In this document: positions 45,503-57,841 of the stretch, one piece after another | Layout: each line of letters starts with the position of its first letter | Position numbering within the stretch: the first letter of the stretch is position 1 | Source: Rhodobiaceae bacterium | GTDB lineage: Bacteria; Pseudomonadota; Alphaproteobacteria; Rhizobiales; G965224185 | Direction: 5' to 3' | Assembly: GCA_965224185.1 (NCBI GenBank) | Contig: OZ245042.1 | Span: 5,146,761 to 5,210,760, forward strand | Length of the DNA: 64,000 nucleotides | Made by a program: the position numbers and the translations under genes | The notes under the pieces: generated by a model | The model's input: the letters and a program-made list of their open reading frames with translations, nothing else | Told to the model about the DNA's origin: nothing | Database searches by the model: none

Positions 45503-47819
45503 GGCCGATGCCGTTTCCGAAGGCCGGTCCAGCCAGGCGGTCAACAAGGCATTGCCCCATGACAGCGCCGTCCAGCATGTTACCGGCGCCGCACTTTATA
45601 TTGACGATTTGCGCGAACCGGCCGGCACATTGCATGTGGCGCCGGGTTACTGCCCGACATTAACAGCCGGCGAGTTGACGGCAATCGACCTTGACGCCGT
45701 GCGCGCCGCCGATGGCGTGGTGGCGGTGTTGACCGCGGACGACGTGCCGGCGGTCAATGATTGTTCCCCGTCACTCGGCGACGACCCGGTCTTTGCGCAA
45801 AAGCGTGTCGATTTCTGGGGGCAGGTGGTGTTCGCGGTTGTCGCTGAAACCCGGGATCAGGCCCGTCGCGCGGCGCGGCTCGCCAAGTTCGAAACCGTCG
45901 CCGACAATCCCGCGGTGACCGTTGAGGATGCGATCGAAGCCGACACCACGGTGCTACCCGATTACCAGTTCCTGACTGGTGATCCGGATTCGGCCCTGCG
46001 CACGGCCGGCCACCGGCATTCGGGACGCTTCCATATTGGCGGCCAGGAACATTTCTATCTGGAAGGCCAGGTGGCGATGGCGGAACCGCGCGAGGGTGGT
46101 GATATCTTTGTCCATTCCTCCACCCAGCATCCAAGCGAAGTGCAGCACACGGTCGCCAAGGTGCTCGGCCTGCCGCATGCCGCCGTGACTATCGAAGTGC
46201 GGCGCATGGGTGGCGGTTTTGGCGGCAAGGAAAGCCAGGCCAATCAATGGGCGGCGATTGCTGCAATCGGGACCCATATCACCGGGCGGCCGTGTAAACT
46301 GCGCCTGGACCGGGACGATGACATGATCATGACCGGCAAGCGCCATGATTTTCTCGTCGAATACGATGTCGGCCACGATCGCCAGGGACAGATCACCGGG
46401 ATCGATCTGACCTTCGCCAGCCGTTGTGGTTACTCGGCCGATCTGTCGCTCGGGGTCAATGACCGGACCATGTTTCACGCCGACAACGCGTATTTCCTGG
46501 AAAATGCCCGCATTCTGTCGCGGCGCATGAAGACCAATACGGTTTCCAATACCGCCTTCCGCGGCTTCGGCGGCCCTCAGGGGGTGGTGGCCATCGAGCG
46601 GGTGATGGATGCGATTGCCATTATTCTGGGCAAGGACCCGCTGGACATTCGCAAGGCCAATTTCTACGGCATCGGCGAACGGGACCGAACGCCTTATGGC
46701 ATGCAGGTCACCGACAATGTGATTTCCGAAATTGTCGAGCAATTGGCGGATCAGGCGGACTATCGCGCCCGGCGGGAGGAGATTGCCGCCTTCAATGCGG
46801 CGAACAGCATCCTGAAAAAGGGGCTGGCACTGACGCCGGTCAAGTTCGGCATCTCCTTCACCCTCATCCATCTCAACCAGGCCGGCGCTCTGGTGCATGT
46901 CTACACCGATGGCTCGGTGCATTTGAACCATGGCGGCACGGAGATGGGGCAGGGGCTTTTCGTCAAGGTGGCGCAGGTGGTGGCCGAGGTCTTCGGTATC
47001 GGGCTCGATCAGGTCAAGATAACCGCCACCCATACCGGCAAAGTGCCGAACACGGCGCCGACGGCTGCGTCGTCCGGCTCCGATCTCAATGGCATGGCCG
47101 CAAAAATAGCGGCGGAGGCGATCCGGCAAAGACTGATCGAATTCGCCGCCGACAAGTACGGCGTGGCGCCCGACCAGATTTCCTTCCGCGACAATCAGGT
47201 GTTGATCGGCAACGAAGCGGTGAATTTTGCCGATCTTGCCAACCAGGCGCATCTGGCGCGGATCGGCCTGTCATCGACCGGGTTTTATGCCACACCGGAA
47301 ATTTCCTGGGATCGGGAAAAGGTCTCCGGCCGGCCGTTCTTCTATTTCGCCTATGGGGCGGCCTGTTCGGAAGTCACCATCGACACGACCACCGGAGAGA
47401 TGCGCGTCGATCGGGTAGATATCGTCCACGATGTTGGCAAATCGCTCAATCCGGCAATCGATATCGGGCAGATCGAAGGTGGATTCGTGCAGGGTATGGG
47501 CTGGCTGACCACCGAGGAGCTGGTATTCGATGACGATGGGCGGCTGCGTACCCATGCGCCGTCGACCTATAAGATCCCGACAGCATCGGATGTTCCGGAA
47601 GACTTCAACGTCACCCTCTATGCCTCCAAGGGAAACCCGGAAAAGACGATTTACCGGTCGAAGGCCGTCGGTGAACCGCCGCTGATGCTGGCAGCCTCGG
47701 TGTTTTCCGCGATCACGGATGCGGTTGCGAGCCTGCGGTCAGGGGTCGTGCCGCCCCTTGACGCCCCGGCCACGCCGGAGGCCATATTGACGGCGGTGCG
47801 CGCCTTGAAGAGCGGATAA
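45492..47819 (+). CDS. xdhB: Xanthine dehydrogenase molybdopterin-binding subunit
   Basis: 775 aa with motifs GGGFGGKE, AFRGFGGPQG and GEPP. Confidence 0.95.
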   Translation: MSPEADAVSEGRSSQAVNKALPHDSAVQHVTGAALYIDDLREPAGTLHVAPGYCPTLTAGELTAIDLDAVRAADGVVAVLTADDVPAVNDCSPSLGDDPVFAQKRVDFWGQVVFAVVAETRDQARRAARLAKFETVADNPAVTVEDAIEADTTVLPDYQFLTGDPDSALRTAGHRHSGRFHIGGQEHFYLEGQVAMAEPREGGDIFVHSSTQHPSEVQHTVAKVLGLPHAAVTIEVRRMGGGFGGKESQANQWAAIAAIGTHITGRPCKLRLDRDDDMIMTGKRHDFLVEYDVGHDRQGQITGIDLTFASRCGYSADLSLGVNDRTMFHADNAYFLENARILSRRMKTNTVSNTAFRGFGGPQGVVAIERVMDAIAIILGKDPLDIRKANFYGIGERDRTPYGMQVTDNVISEIVEQLADQADYRARREEIAAFNAANSILKKGLALTPVKFGISFTLIHLNQAGALVHVYTDGSVHLNHGGTEMGQGLFVKVAQVVAEVFGIGLDQVKITATHTGKVPNTAPTAASSGSDLNGMAAKIAAEAIRQRLIEFAADKYGVAPDQISFRDNQVLIGNEAVNFADLANQAHLARIGLSSTGFYATPEISWDREKVSGRPFFYFAYGAACSEVTIDTTTGEMRVDRVDIVHDVGKSLNPAIDIGQIEGGFVQGMGWLTTEELVFDDDGRLRTHAPSTYKIPTASDVPEDFNVTLYASKGNPEKTIYRSKAVGEPPLMLAASVFSAITDAVASLRSGVVPPLDAPATPEAILTAVRALKSG

Positions 47820-47821
47820 GG

Positions 47822-48823
47822 ATGCAGGTCTGGCAAACATTGAAGCGGATTTTGGCCGAGCACGACCGGGCCGCCCTGGTTACCGTGCTCGATGCCAAGG
47901 GCTCGGTGCCGCGCGAGGCCGGCGCCCGGATGATCGTTCTGCCCTCCGGAGATTTTCACGGCACCATCGGTGGCGGTACCTTGGAGTGGGAGGCTCTGTC
48001 GCTGACCCGTCAAAGACTGAGCGACCAGGCCGGTGTCGGCGGATTCTCCACCCGGCGTTTCGCCCTTGGACCGGAATTGGGCCAGTGCTGCGGCGGTCAA
48101 TCGACCATCGCCATTGAGATATTGACCACAGATGACCGCCCGGCCGTGGACCGCTTGGCGGACCGGGAGCAGGACGGCCGGTTTTCCACGATCGGACGCA
48201 TCGGTGAGGACGGTCTCGTATGCCGGGATATCGCGGCATCGGTCGATAAGTCCATCAAAACCGCGTCATTGAGGCGTGACGGCGTCCTTCTTGAGATTTT
48301 CGGCGACGATCGGCGGCCGCTATGGCTGTTCGGTGCCGGTCATGTGGGCCGGGCGCTTGTGCTGGCCCTGGCGCCGTTGAAATTCAGCGTCACCTGGATC
48401 GATAGCCGGGCGAACATCTTTCCCGGCCATGTCCCCCAGACCGTGACGTGTCGGCAGGTCGATGATCCGGCGGCGATGGTGGCCCAGGCGCCCGCCGACG
48501 CCTTCATTCTCGTCATGACCCATTCCCATGCGCTTGATCAGGATGTGGTTCAGGCGGCGCTGCAGGCCGATCGGTTCGGCTATGTGGGGCTGATCGGCAG
48601 TGCCACCAAACGCCGGCGGTTCGAAAAGCGCATGGTTGCAGCCGGCCTGCCCGAAGGCCGGCTAAAAGACCTGGTCTGCCCGATCGGCCTGGATGAGATC
48701 CGATCCAAGGAACCGGCGGCGATCGCCCTTGGTACCGCGGCGCAATTGGTGATGATGGATGAAAGGCAGCGGCGGGAATCGGCGGATGCCAAACCGGCAA
48801 AATCGGTTAGTATGACCGTATAA
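47822..48823 (+). CDS. xdhC: Xanthine dehydrogenase accessory/maturation protein
   Basis: XdhC/CoxI pattern (ALVTVLDAKGSVPREAGARM...GTIGGG..E; LWLFGAGHVGRAL), directly after xdhB. Confidence 0.85.
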   Translation: MQVWQTLKRILAEHDRAALVTVLDAKGSVPREAGARMIVLPSGDFHGTIGGGTLEWEALSLTRQRLSDQAGVGGFSTRRFALGPELGQCCGGQSTIAIEILTTDDRPAVDRLADREQDGRFSTIGRIGEDGLVCRDIAASVDKSIKTASLRRDGVLLEIFGDDRRPLWLFGAGHVGRALVLALAPLKFSVTWIDSRANIFPGHVPQTVTCRQVDDPAAMVAQAPADAFILVMTHSHALDQDVVQAALQADRFGYVGLIGSATKRRRFEKRMVAAGLPEGRLKDLVCPIGLDEIRSKEPAAIALGTAAQLVMMDERQRRESADAKPAKSVSMTV

Positions 48824-48842
48824 CAATAATCCGGGAGGGGAC

Positions 48843-50415
<1,573 letters not shown>

Positions 50416-50426
<11 letters not shown>

Positions 50427-51495
50427 ACTGCAAAAACGCCCCGAACACAGCCGGCTGATGGCCGTTCTATCTCCGGTACTCGCCATCATTCTCACGTTGA
50501 TCGCCGGCTCAATCATGTTCGCTGCACTCGGGCTCAATCCCGGCCGGGCACTCTATGTGCTGTTTGTCGAGCCGCTGACCCAGGCCTGGGCCTTGCAGGA
50601 ACTGGTTGTCAAGGCGACCCCACTGGTCCTGATCGGTGTCGGTCTTGCAGTCTGCTTCTTGTCCAACACCTGGAATATCGGCGCGGAAGGCCAGTTCACC
50701 GTCGGCGCGATCGTCGGTAGTGTCCTGCCGATCATGGCCTTTCAATGGGAATCCTCGCTGACCCTGCCGGTCATGCTGATCATGGGCGCGCTTGGCGGCA
50801 TGGCCTTCGCGGCGATCCCGGCATTGTTGAAAATCCGCTTCGGCACCAATGAAATCCTCACCAGCCTGATGTTGGTCTATGTGGCACAACTCTTTCTCGA
50901 TTGGCTGGTGCGCGGGCCTTGGCGTGATCCACAGGGCTATAACTTTCCTGAATCCCGGCTGTTCTCGGCGGCGGCCGCCTTGCCGACATTCGGCGATGGG
51001 CGCATGCATCTGGGCACCATCTTCGCGTTGATTGCCGTAGCCGCCATGGCCATCATGCTTGGGCGGACGCTCAAGGGCTTTGAGATCAAGGTGCTCGGGC
51101 AATCGCCGCGAGCCGGCGCCTTTGCCGGGTTCAGCCAGAACCGGATGATCCTCTTCGCGTTCCTGTTATCCGGCGGGCTTGCCGGCCTGGCCGGGATCTG
51201 TGAAGTGTCGGGACCAATCGGCCAATTGCTGCCGACCATCTCGCCGGGTTACGGATTTACGGCGATCATCGTCGCCTTTCTCGGGCGCCTGAATCCGATC
51301 GGTATCCTGCTCGCCGGCTGCCTGCTGGCGCTCTCCTATATCGGCGGCGAGGCGGCGCAGATCGCCCTTGGCATATCGGACAAGATCACGCGGGTCTTCC
51401 AGGGCATGCTCCTGTTTTTCGTACTCGCTTGCGACATCCTGATCCTCTACCGGGTGCGCATTGTCGGCAGTGCCGCCAAGGCCGGGGAGGCCTGA
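50416..51495 (+). CDS. ABC transporter permease
   Basis: Polytopic membrane protein. The start is ATG 50416 (MRLELQKRPE...), overlapping the ATPase stop. Confidence 0.85.
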
Positions 51496-51496
51496 C

Positions 51497-52417
51497 ATGG
51501 GGGTCCTGGAAGCGGTCATCCTGACGGTCATCACGGCGGCGACGCCGCTCCTGCTGGCGGCGATGGGCGAATTGATCACCGAGCGGTCCGGCGTGCTCAA
51601 TCTCGGGGTCGAAGGCATGATGGTGATGGGCGCGGTGTGCGCCTTTGCCGCTGCGTTCACCACTGGTTCGGCGAGCATCGGCGTCGTTGCCGGCATCTTG
51701 GCCGGCGTGGTCATGTCGTTGCTTTTCGCGTTCCTGACCCTGTCACTGATTGCCAACCAGGTCGCCACCGGTCTCGCCCTGACGCTGCTCGGATTGGGTC
51801 TGTCCGGGATGATCGGAGAACCTTTCGTCAGCAAGCCGGGCATCGGCCTGCCGAAACTTTACATTCCCTATCTCACCGATATTCCGCTCATCGGACCGAT
51901 CCTGTTCGGCCAGGACGGGCTGGTCTATGGCAGTATCGCGCTGACCGCGGCGGTCTGGTGGTTCCTGTTCAGGACCCGCGGCGGGCTGATCGTCCGCAGT
52001 GTTGGCGACAATCCGGATTCCGCTCATGCGCTCGGCTATGACGTCATCAAGATCCGCTATCTGGCGGTCATGTTCGGCGGCGGTTGCGCCGGTCTCGCCG
52101 GCGCCTATCTGTCGCTCGCCTATACGCCGTTATGGACGGAAAACATGACCGCCGGGCGCGGCTGGATCGCGCTGGCGCTGGTGGTCTTTGGCACATGGCT
52201 GCCCTGGCGGGTGGTTGCCGGCGCCTATCTGTTCGGCTTCATGACCATTGTCGGATTCCATGCGCAAGCGTTGGGGATTGCTATTCCGTCGCAGTTCCTG
52301 TCCAGTCTGCCCTATATTGCCACGATCGTGGTTTTGGTTCTTATATCGATGCGCAAATCTCTGGTCGGCATTCACGCGCCGGCCTCAATCGGCAAACCGT
52401 TCGTCGCCAGCCACTAG
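51497..52417 (+). CDS. ABC transporter permease
   Basis: Polytopic membrane protein. ATG 51497 lies immediately after the previous stop. Confidence 0.85.
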   Translation: MGVLEAVILTVITAATPLLLAAMGELITERSGVLNLGVEGMMVMGAVCAFAAAFTTGSASIGVVAGILAGVVMSLLFAFLTLSLIANQVATGLALTLLGLGLSGMIGEPFVSKPGIGLPKLYIPYLTDIPLIGPILFGQDGLVYGSIALTAAVWWFLFRTRGGLIVRSVGDNPDSAHALGYDVIKIRYLAVMFGGGCAGLAGAYLSLAYTPLWTENMTAGRGWIALALVVFGTWLPWRVVAGAYLFGFMTIVGFHAQALGIAIPSQFLSSLPYIATIVVLVLISMRKSLVGIHAPASIGKPFVASH

Positions 52418-52482
52418 AGCGGCGCGGCATCGACAGATAACGAATGATATGGTGCTGATGGCGCCAGAACAGGGAGAAGACG

Positions 52483-53553
52483 ATGAACAAATTTTTCAAA
52501 CTCTTGGCGATCGGTGCAACGGGCGCCGCACTGTCTATTGGATCAGCCTTCGCGGCTGATTTGAAGGTCGGCTTCGTATTGGTCGGCCCGAAGAATGACG
52601 GCGGCTGGTCGCAACGGCACTACAAGGGCATGGAGGAGGTCAAGGCCAAATACGGCGACCGGGTGGAAACCACGCTCGTGGAAAATGTCGCCGAGGGACC
52701 GGATGCCGAACGGGTGATCGCGCAGCTTGCCCGGTCGGGCCACGGCCTGATCTTCACCACCTCCTTCGGCTTCATGAACCCGACGCTGAAGGTGGCGAAG
52801 AAGTTCCCGAATACGATGTTCGAACACGCCACCGGCTACAAGCGTTCCAAGAACGTGGCGACCTACAATGCCCGCTTCTACGAGGGTCGGTATGTGATCG
52901 GCCAGATCGCCGCCAAGATGTCGAAGACGGGCGTTGCCGGCTATATCGCCTCGTTCCCGATTCCCGAAGTGGTGATGGGCATCAACGCATTCCTGCTCGG
53001 CGCCCAGTCGATCAATCCCGACTACAAGCTGAAAGTGGTTTGGGTGAATACCTGGCATGATCCGGGCAAGGAAGCCGACGCCGCGAAATCCCTGATCGAC
53101 CAGGGGGTCGACATCCTGACCCAGCATACCGACAGCCCGGCACCTTTGCAGATCGCACAAGAGCGCGGCATCTATGCCTTCGGCCAGGCGGAGAACATGT
53201 ATGAATTCGCCCCCAAGGCAACGCTGACCTCGATCGTCGACAATTGGGGTCCCTATTATGTGCGCCGTGTCGGGGAAGCCCTGGAGGGCCAATGGACGTC
53301 GACCGACACCTGGGACGGCATCAAGGAAGGCACCGTCGAGATCTCCGAACTGACCAACCTGCCCGATGACGTGGTGGCCATGGCCAAGGAAACCACGGCA
53401 AAGATCGCCTCCGGTGAATTTCATCCCTTCACCGGCCCGATCAAGAAGCAGGACGGGACGGAATTCCTGGAAGACGGCAAGGTGATCGATGACGGCACTC
53501 TTGCCGGCATGAATTTCTACGTGATGGGGGTCGACGACAAGCTGCCGCAATAG
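52483..53553 (+). CDS. BMP-family (basic membrane protein) ABC substrate-binding protein
   Basis: Signal peptide MNKFFKLLAIGATGAALSIGSAFA. The BMP/PnrA-like body has VGFVLVGPKNDGGWSQ. Confidence 0.85.
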   Translation: MNKFFKLLAIGATGAALSIGSAFAADLKVGFVLVGPKNDGGWSQRHYKGMEEVKAKYGDRVETTLVENVAEGPDAERVIAQLARSGHGLIFTTSFGFMNPTLKVAKKFPNTMFEHATGYKRSKNVATYNARFYEGRYVIGQIAAKMSKTGVAGYIASFPIPEVVMGINAFLLGAQSINPDYKLKVVWVNTWHDPGKEADAAKSLIDQGVDILTQHTDSPAPLQIAQERGIYAFGQAENMYEFAPKATLTSIVDNWGPYYVRRVGEALEGQWTSTDTWDGIKEGTVEISELTNLPDDVVAMAKETTAKIASGEFHPFTGPIKKQDGTEFLEDGKVIDDGTLAGMNFYVMGVDDKLPQ

Positions 53554-53641
53554 GCGGTTCTTGTTCGCCTCATTCCGTGATTTGCGGGCGCCGTACGCGG
53601 CGCTCGCCTCACGAAGGATGACGGAGGCCGCAAGCCGCATC

Positions 53642-54199
53642 ATGGGATCTCCAAGTTCTCCATCGCCGATATCGATCGATCAGGTCAACGCCCTGGACCG
53701 GGCCGCCTTTGCAGCCACCTTTGCCGATATCGCAGAACATGCCCCATGGGTGGCCGAGGGGGCGGCGGATGCGCGGCCCTATCGGGATCGCGCGGAGATG
53801 ATCGACGCTTTCGAACAGGCCATGCGGGCTGCCGACCCGCAGGCCCGGCTGGCGCTGATCCGTGCCCATCCGGACCTGGCGGGACGGGCGGCGATCGCTG
53901 GAGATCTGACGGAGGATTCCAAACGCGAACAGGCCGGTGCCGGTCTCGATCGGCTGACGGAAGACGAATTCGCCCGGTTCACGGCGCTCAACGATCACTA
54001 TAAAAGCCGCTTCGGCTTTCCGTTCATCCTGGCGGTGAAGGGCGCCACCAAGGATACGATCTTGTCAGCCTTTGAAGCCCGGGTGGGCAATGACCCGCAA
54101 TCGGAATTGGAGACCGCGCTCGACCAGGTCTCCCGCATCATCCGTTTCCGATTGCAAGATCGGGTGGCCGATGACCGGCAACGGGGAGGGCAGGGATGA
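53642..54199 (+). CDS. uraD: OHCU decarboxylase
   Basis: AHPDLAG...L.T..S..EQAGAGLD.L...E...F..LN..Y..RFGFPFILAVKG. The start is ambiguous: 53618 or 53642. Confidence 0.8.
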   Translation: MGSPSSPSPISIDQVNALDRAAFAATFADIAEHAPWVAEGAADARPYRDRAEMIDAFEQAMRAADPQARLALIRAHPDLAGRAAIAGDLTEDSKREQAGAGLDRLTEDEFARFTALNDHYKSRFGFPFILAVKGATKDTILSAFEARVGNDPQSELETALDQVSRIIRFRLQDRVADDRQRGGQG

Positions 54200-55215
54200 C
54201 CTTGCGTGATTTCATCATCGGCCTGCCGAAAGCCGAACTGCATTTACATATCGAGGGGTCGCTTGAGCCGGATCTGATGATGCGGTTGGCTGAGAAAAAC
54301 GGCATCAACCTTCCCTATGGGTCGATCCAGGACATTGAGAACGCCTATAATTTCGAAAACCTCCAGGACTTTCTCGATCTCTATTACCAGGGCATGAGCG
54401 TGCTGCGGGAGGAGGACGATTTTCGCGCGCTGGCCGCGGCGTATATGGATCGCATCGCCGCCGACGGCGTTGTCCATGCGGAGATTTTTTACGATCCGCA
54501 AGGCCATACGGAACGCGGAATTTCCCTGGATGTGTGCACCAATGGCATTCTGGCCGGCCTGGAGGAGGGGGGGCGAAAACACGGCATCACGACGCGGCTA
54601 ATCTTATGCTTTCTGCGCCACCTGTCGGAGGATCAGGCGATTGAGACATTCAATGCCGCGGGCCCGTGGTTCGATGACGGCCGGATCATCGGCGTCGGCC
54701 TCGATTCCACCGAGCGCGACAATCCGCCGGAGAAGTTTCAGCGGGTTTTCAAGAAAGCCCGCGATCGCGGCCTGAAAGTGGTTGCCCATGCTGGCGAGGA
54801 AGGCCCGCCCGATTATGTGCGTCAGGCCGTCGACCTGCTGCAGGTCGACCGCATCGATCACGGCAATGCCTCCATGCAGGATCCGGCATTGGTCGCGCGG
54901 CTTGCCGATATGGGGATCGCGCTCACTGTTTGCCCGCTCTCCAATGTCAAACTGTGCGGTGTGCCGACGATGGCGGACCATCCACTCAAGCGCATGCTGG
55001 ATGCCGGCCTCGCGGTCACCGTCAATTCCGACGATCCGTCCTATTTTGGCGGCTATGTGGCCGACAATTACCTTGCGGTCGCCGAAGCCTTGGACCTGTC
55101 ACGGCAGGACCTGACGCTGCTGGCCCGCAATTCCCTCCAGGCATCTTTTCTCGAGCCATCGCAGATTGCAGGCTACGTGGATCGACTGGATGCATATCTT
55201 GCTGACACCGATTAG
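54196..55215 (+). CDS. add: Adenosine/adenine deaminase family protein
   Basis: LPKAELHLHIEGSL, HAGE and SDDP motifs. Confidence 0.85.
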   Translation: MTLRDFIIGLPKAELHLHIEGSLEPDLMMRLAEKNGINLPYGSIQDIENAYNFENLQDFLDLYYQGMSVLREEDDFRALAAAYMDRIAADGVVHAEIFYDPQGHTERGISLDVCTNGILAGLEEGGRKHGITTRLILCFLRHLSEDQAIETFNAAGPWFDDGRIIGVGLDSTERDNPPEKFQRVFKKARDRGLKVVAHAGEEGPPDYVRQAVDLLQVDRIDHGNASMQDPALVARLADMGIALTVCPLSNVKLCGVPTMADHPLKRMLDAGLAVTVNSDDPSYFGGYVADNYLAVAEALDLSRQDLTLLARNSLQASFLEPSQIAGYVDRLDAYLADTD

Positions 55216-55227
55216 GACCTCACATTC

Positions 55228-56487
55228 ATGACGCGAGCCAATCCGTTGGACCTTGGCAAAAAGGCCGAGCTTTTAATCCAGGCGCTGGCCGAATGCTCTG
55301 CCGAACCCGACCGATTGGTCCGCCTCTATCTGACCCCCGAACACCGCAAGGCCGCCGATCGGGTTGCAAGCTGGATGGAAGACGCCGGCATGGCGGTCAG
55401 CGAGGATGCGCTAGGGACCGTGCGTGGCCGGTACATGCCTGAGGGTGCCGACAAAGTCCTGTTATGCGGCTCGCATATCGATACGGTCATCGATGCGGGT
55501 CGCTATGACGGGCCGTTCGGCGTGATCGCAGGGATCCTGGCGGTCGACGAAATTCGCAAGCGGGGCATCGCCCTGCCATTCGGCATCGAAATCCTGGCTT
55601 TTGGCGACGAAGAGGGGGTGCGGTTTCCTACCACGCTTGCCGCGTCGTCGGCGGTTGCCGGCCGATTTTCGGAACGGAACCTGGATCTGGCCGACGAAGA
55701 CGGGATCTCGATCCGCGATGCGCTGGTCCAATATGGCGCCGATCCGTCGTGCCTGTCTGGCTGCGCCCATGCGCCGGAGGATGTGGTCGCCTATTTGGAA
55801 GTGCATATCGAGCAAGGGCCGGTCCTGGAAGCCGAAGGCCTACCCGTCGGCGTGGTCACCTCCATCGCCGGCCAGGCGCGGCATAGCATAATTGTGCGTG
55901 GCACGGCCGGCCATGCGGGGACGGTGCCCATGACCCTGCGATCAGACGCCCTGGTCGCCGCATCGGAATTGATCCTGCAGATCGAGGCCATCGCCAAGGC
56001 CAATGCCGAGCATTCGATGGTCGCCACAATCGGCCGCCTCACCGTGGCGCCCGGTGCCTCCAACGTCATCCCCAACGAGGTGGTGTTCACGCTCGACCTC
56101 AGGGCGGCGTCCGATCCGCCACGGCTTCAGGCGACCGAGGCGATTATCGAAGCCGGGCGACGTATCGGCGAGGCCCGTGGTGTCGAAATCGCGCTCGAAC
56201 AGTATCATTATGGCCAAACAACACCCTGCGCCGCCACGATCCAGGAGCATGTGGCGCGCGCCATCGGCAATCTGGGCGTCAAGCCGTTTCGGCTGGCCTC
56301 CGGCGCCGGGCATGACGCCCAGGCCATGGCACATATTGCCGATATCGGCATGATTTTCGTGCGCTGCCGGGACGGGGTCAGCCACAATCCCTTAGAACAC
56401 GCAACGATGGAAGACATGGGGATCGCCATCGAAGCGCTCATCGGCACCATCGTGAATTTGGCCGCCGAATATGGAGATCGATCATGA
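55228..56487 (+). CDS. M20-family allantoate amidohydrolase / N-carbamoyl-amino-acid amidohydrolase
   Basis: GSHIDTV..GG.YDG, FGDEEG, and the C-terminal SGAGHDA...FVRC..G.SHNP.E. Confidence 0.8.
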   Translation: MTRANPLDLGKKAELLIQALAECSAEPDRLVRLYLTPEHRKAADRVASWMEDAGMAVSEDALGTVRGRYMPEGADKVLLCGSHIDTVIDAGRYDGPFGVIAGILAVDEIRKRGIALPFGIEILAFGDEEGVRFPTTLAASSAVAGRFSERNLDLADEDGISIRDALVQYGADPSCLSGCAHAPEDVVAYLEVHIEQGPVLEAEGLPVGVVTSIAGQARHSIIVRGTAGHAGTVPMTLRSDALVAASELILQIEAIAKANAEHSMVATIGRLTVAPGASNVIPNEVVFTLDLRAASDPPRLQATEAIIEAGRRIGEARGVEIALEQYHYGQTTPCAATIQEHVARAIGNLGVKPFRLASGAGHDAQAMAHIADIGMIFVRCRDGVSHNPLEHATMEDMGIAIEALIGTIVNLAAEYGDRS

Positions 56488-57701
56488 CATCGGCCATCGA
56501 CGCCAATTGGGCGGATGAACTTGCGTTTTTGCAGGCACTGGTAAGGGTGCCGTCGGATAATCCGCCGGGCGATTGCGCGGCGCATGCGGAGACGGCCGCC
56601 AAACTTCTGCGGGACGCCGGTTTCGAGGTTGAAGAGCACCCGGTGCCGGAACCGTTCGTGCGCCAGAACGGCATGAAGAGTGTGACCAACCTGATCGTCC
56701 GCGAACAATTCGGCGACGGGTCCGGGCCGACCATCGCGCTCAATGCTCATGGGGATGTGGTTCCGCCGGGGGAGGGCTGGACCACCGATCCCTATGGTGG
56801 CGAAGAGATCAATCAAGCGATCTATGGCCGCGGTGTCGCCGTGTCGAAATCCGACTTCGCCACCTATGCCTTTGCCCTGAAGGCGCTGAAGTCGCAGCCG
56901 CAGGGGCTGAACGGTACGATCGAACTGCATCTGACCTATGACGAGGAAGCGGGTGGTTTCGTCGGACCGAAATGGCTGCTTGAACAAAATCTCAGCAAGC
57001 CGGACCTGGCGATCTCCGCCGGATTTTCCTATGCCATCACCACCGCCCATAATGGCTGTCTGCACTTGGAGGTCGTCGTGCGCGGCCGGCAAGCTCATGC
57101 GGCGATGCCGGAAACCGGGGCCGATGCGCTGGCGGCTGCGACGCCGATTCTGGCGGCCATCTACGGCGAGCGGGAGCGCCTGGCGACGATCCGATCCGAG
57201 CAGGTCGGTATCGACACACCAAAAATTACGGTTGGCCTGATCAGCGGCGGCATCAACACCAATGTGGTTCCAGATCGCGTGGCTTTGCGCATCGACCGCC
57301 GGATGATCCCGGAGGAAGACGGCGAGGCGGTGGAGCGGCAACTCGTTGACCTGATCACCGCCGCGGCTGGCGACCAATCAGGTATCGAGGTGGAGTGCCG
57401 GCGCATCATGATGGCCGAACCGCTGCAGCCGCTGGCCGGCGTGGAACGCATGATCAAACCGATCCAGCGTCATGCCAAGGCGGTGTTGGGGATCGACGTG
57501 GCGCCGACCGGGGTGCCGCTTTACACCGATGCGCGGCATTATGCGTCGGCCGGGATTCCGACAATCCTTTATGGCGCCGGACCACGGTCGATCCTGGAAG
57601 CCAACGCCCATGGCGCCGATGAGCATCTGCAACTTTCCGACTTGCGGGCGGCGACGGAAATCGTCGCATCGGCCCTGCGGGATCTGTTGAGTGGCGGCTG
57701 A
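56484..57701 (+). CDS. M20-family metallopeptidase (ArgE/DapE/ACY1-like)
   Basis: LNAHGDVVP, YGRGVAVSKS and YDEEAGG motifs. The start overlaps the previous stop (ATGA). Confidence 0.8.
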   Translation: MTSAIDANWADELAFLQALVRVPSDNPPGDCAAHAETAAKLLRDAGFEVEEHPVPEPFVRQNGMKSVTNLIVREQFGDGSGPTIALNAHGDVVPPGEGWTTDPYGGEEINQAIYGRGVAVSKSDFATYAFALKALKSQPQGLNGTIELHLTYDEEAGGFVGPKWLLEQNLSKPDLAISAGFSYAITTAHNGCLHLEVVVRGRQAHAAMPETGADALAAATPILAAIYGERERLATIRSEQVGIDTPKITVGLISGGINTNVVPDRVALRIDRRMIPEEDGEAVERQLVDLITAAAGDQSGIEVECRRIMMAEPLQPLAGVERMIKPIQRHAKAVLGIDVAPTGVPLYTDARHYASAGIPTILYGAGPRSILEANAHGADEHLQLSDLRAATEIVASALRDLLSGG

Positions 57702-57841
57702 GCGAAGGACTATCCGAAATCCGGTCAATCCGAAGATTTGATATGGTATGTTTCAAAACAGATCGTTGATTGACGACAGCGGTTTAGGGGTCAGGGGCCA
57801 ATAACCAACCGTCCCGGATCCAAAAACGGAGTGGGGGCTCG

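Noticed and set aside
45954-47252. 432-aa minus-strand ORF inside xdhB, plus similar antisense ORFs 3966..5333, 52543..53643, 56208..57377 and 43550..44734
   Set aside because: All oppose well-supported genes and show antisense-type composition.
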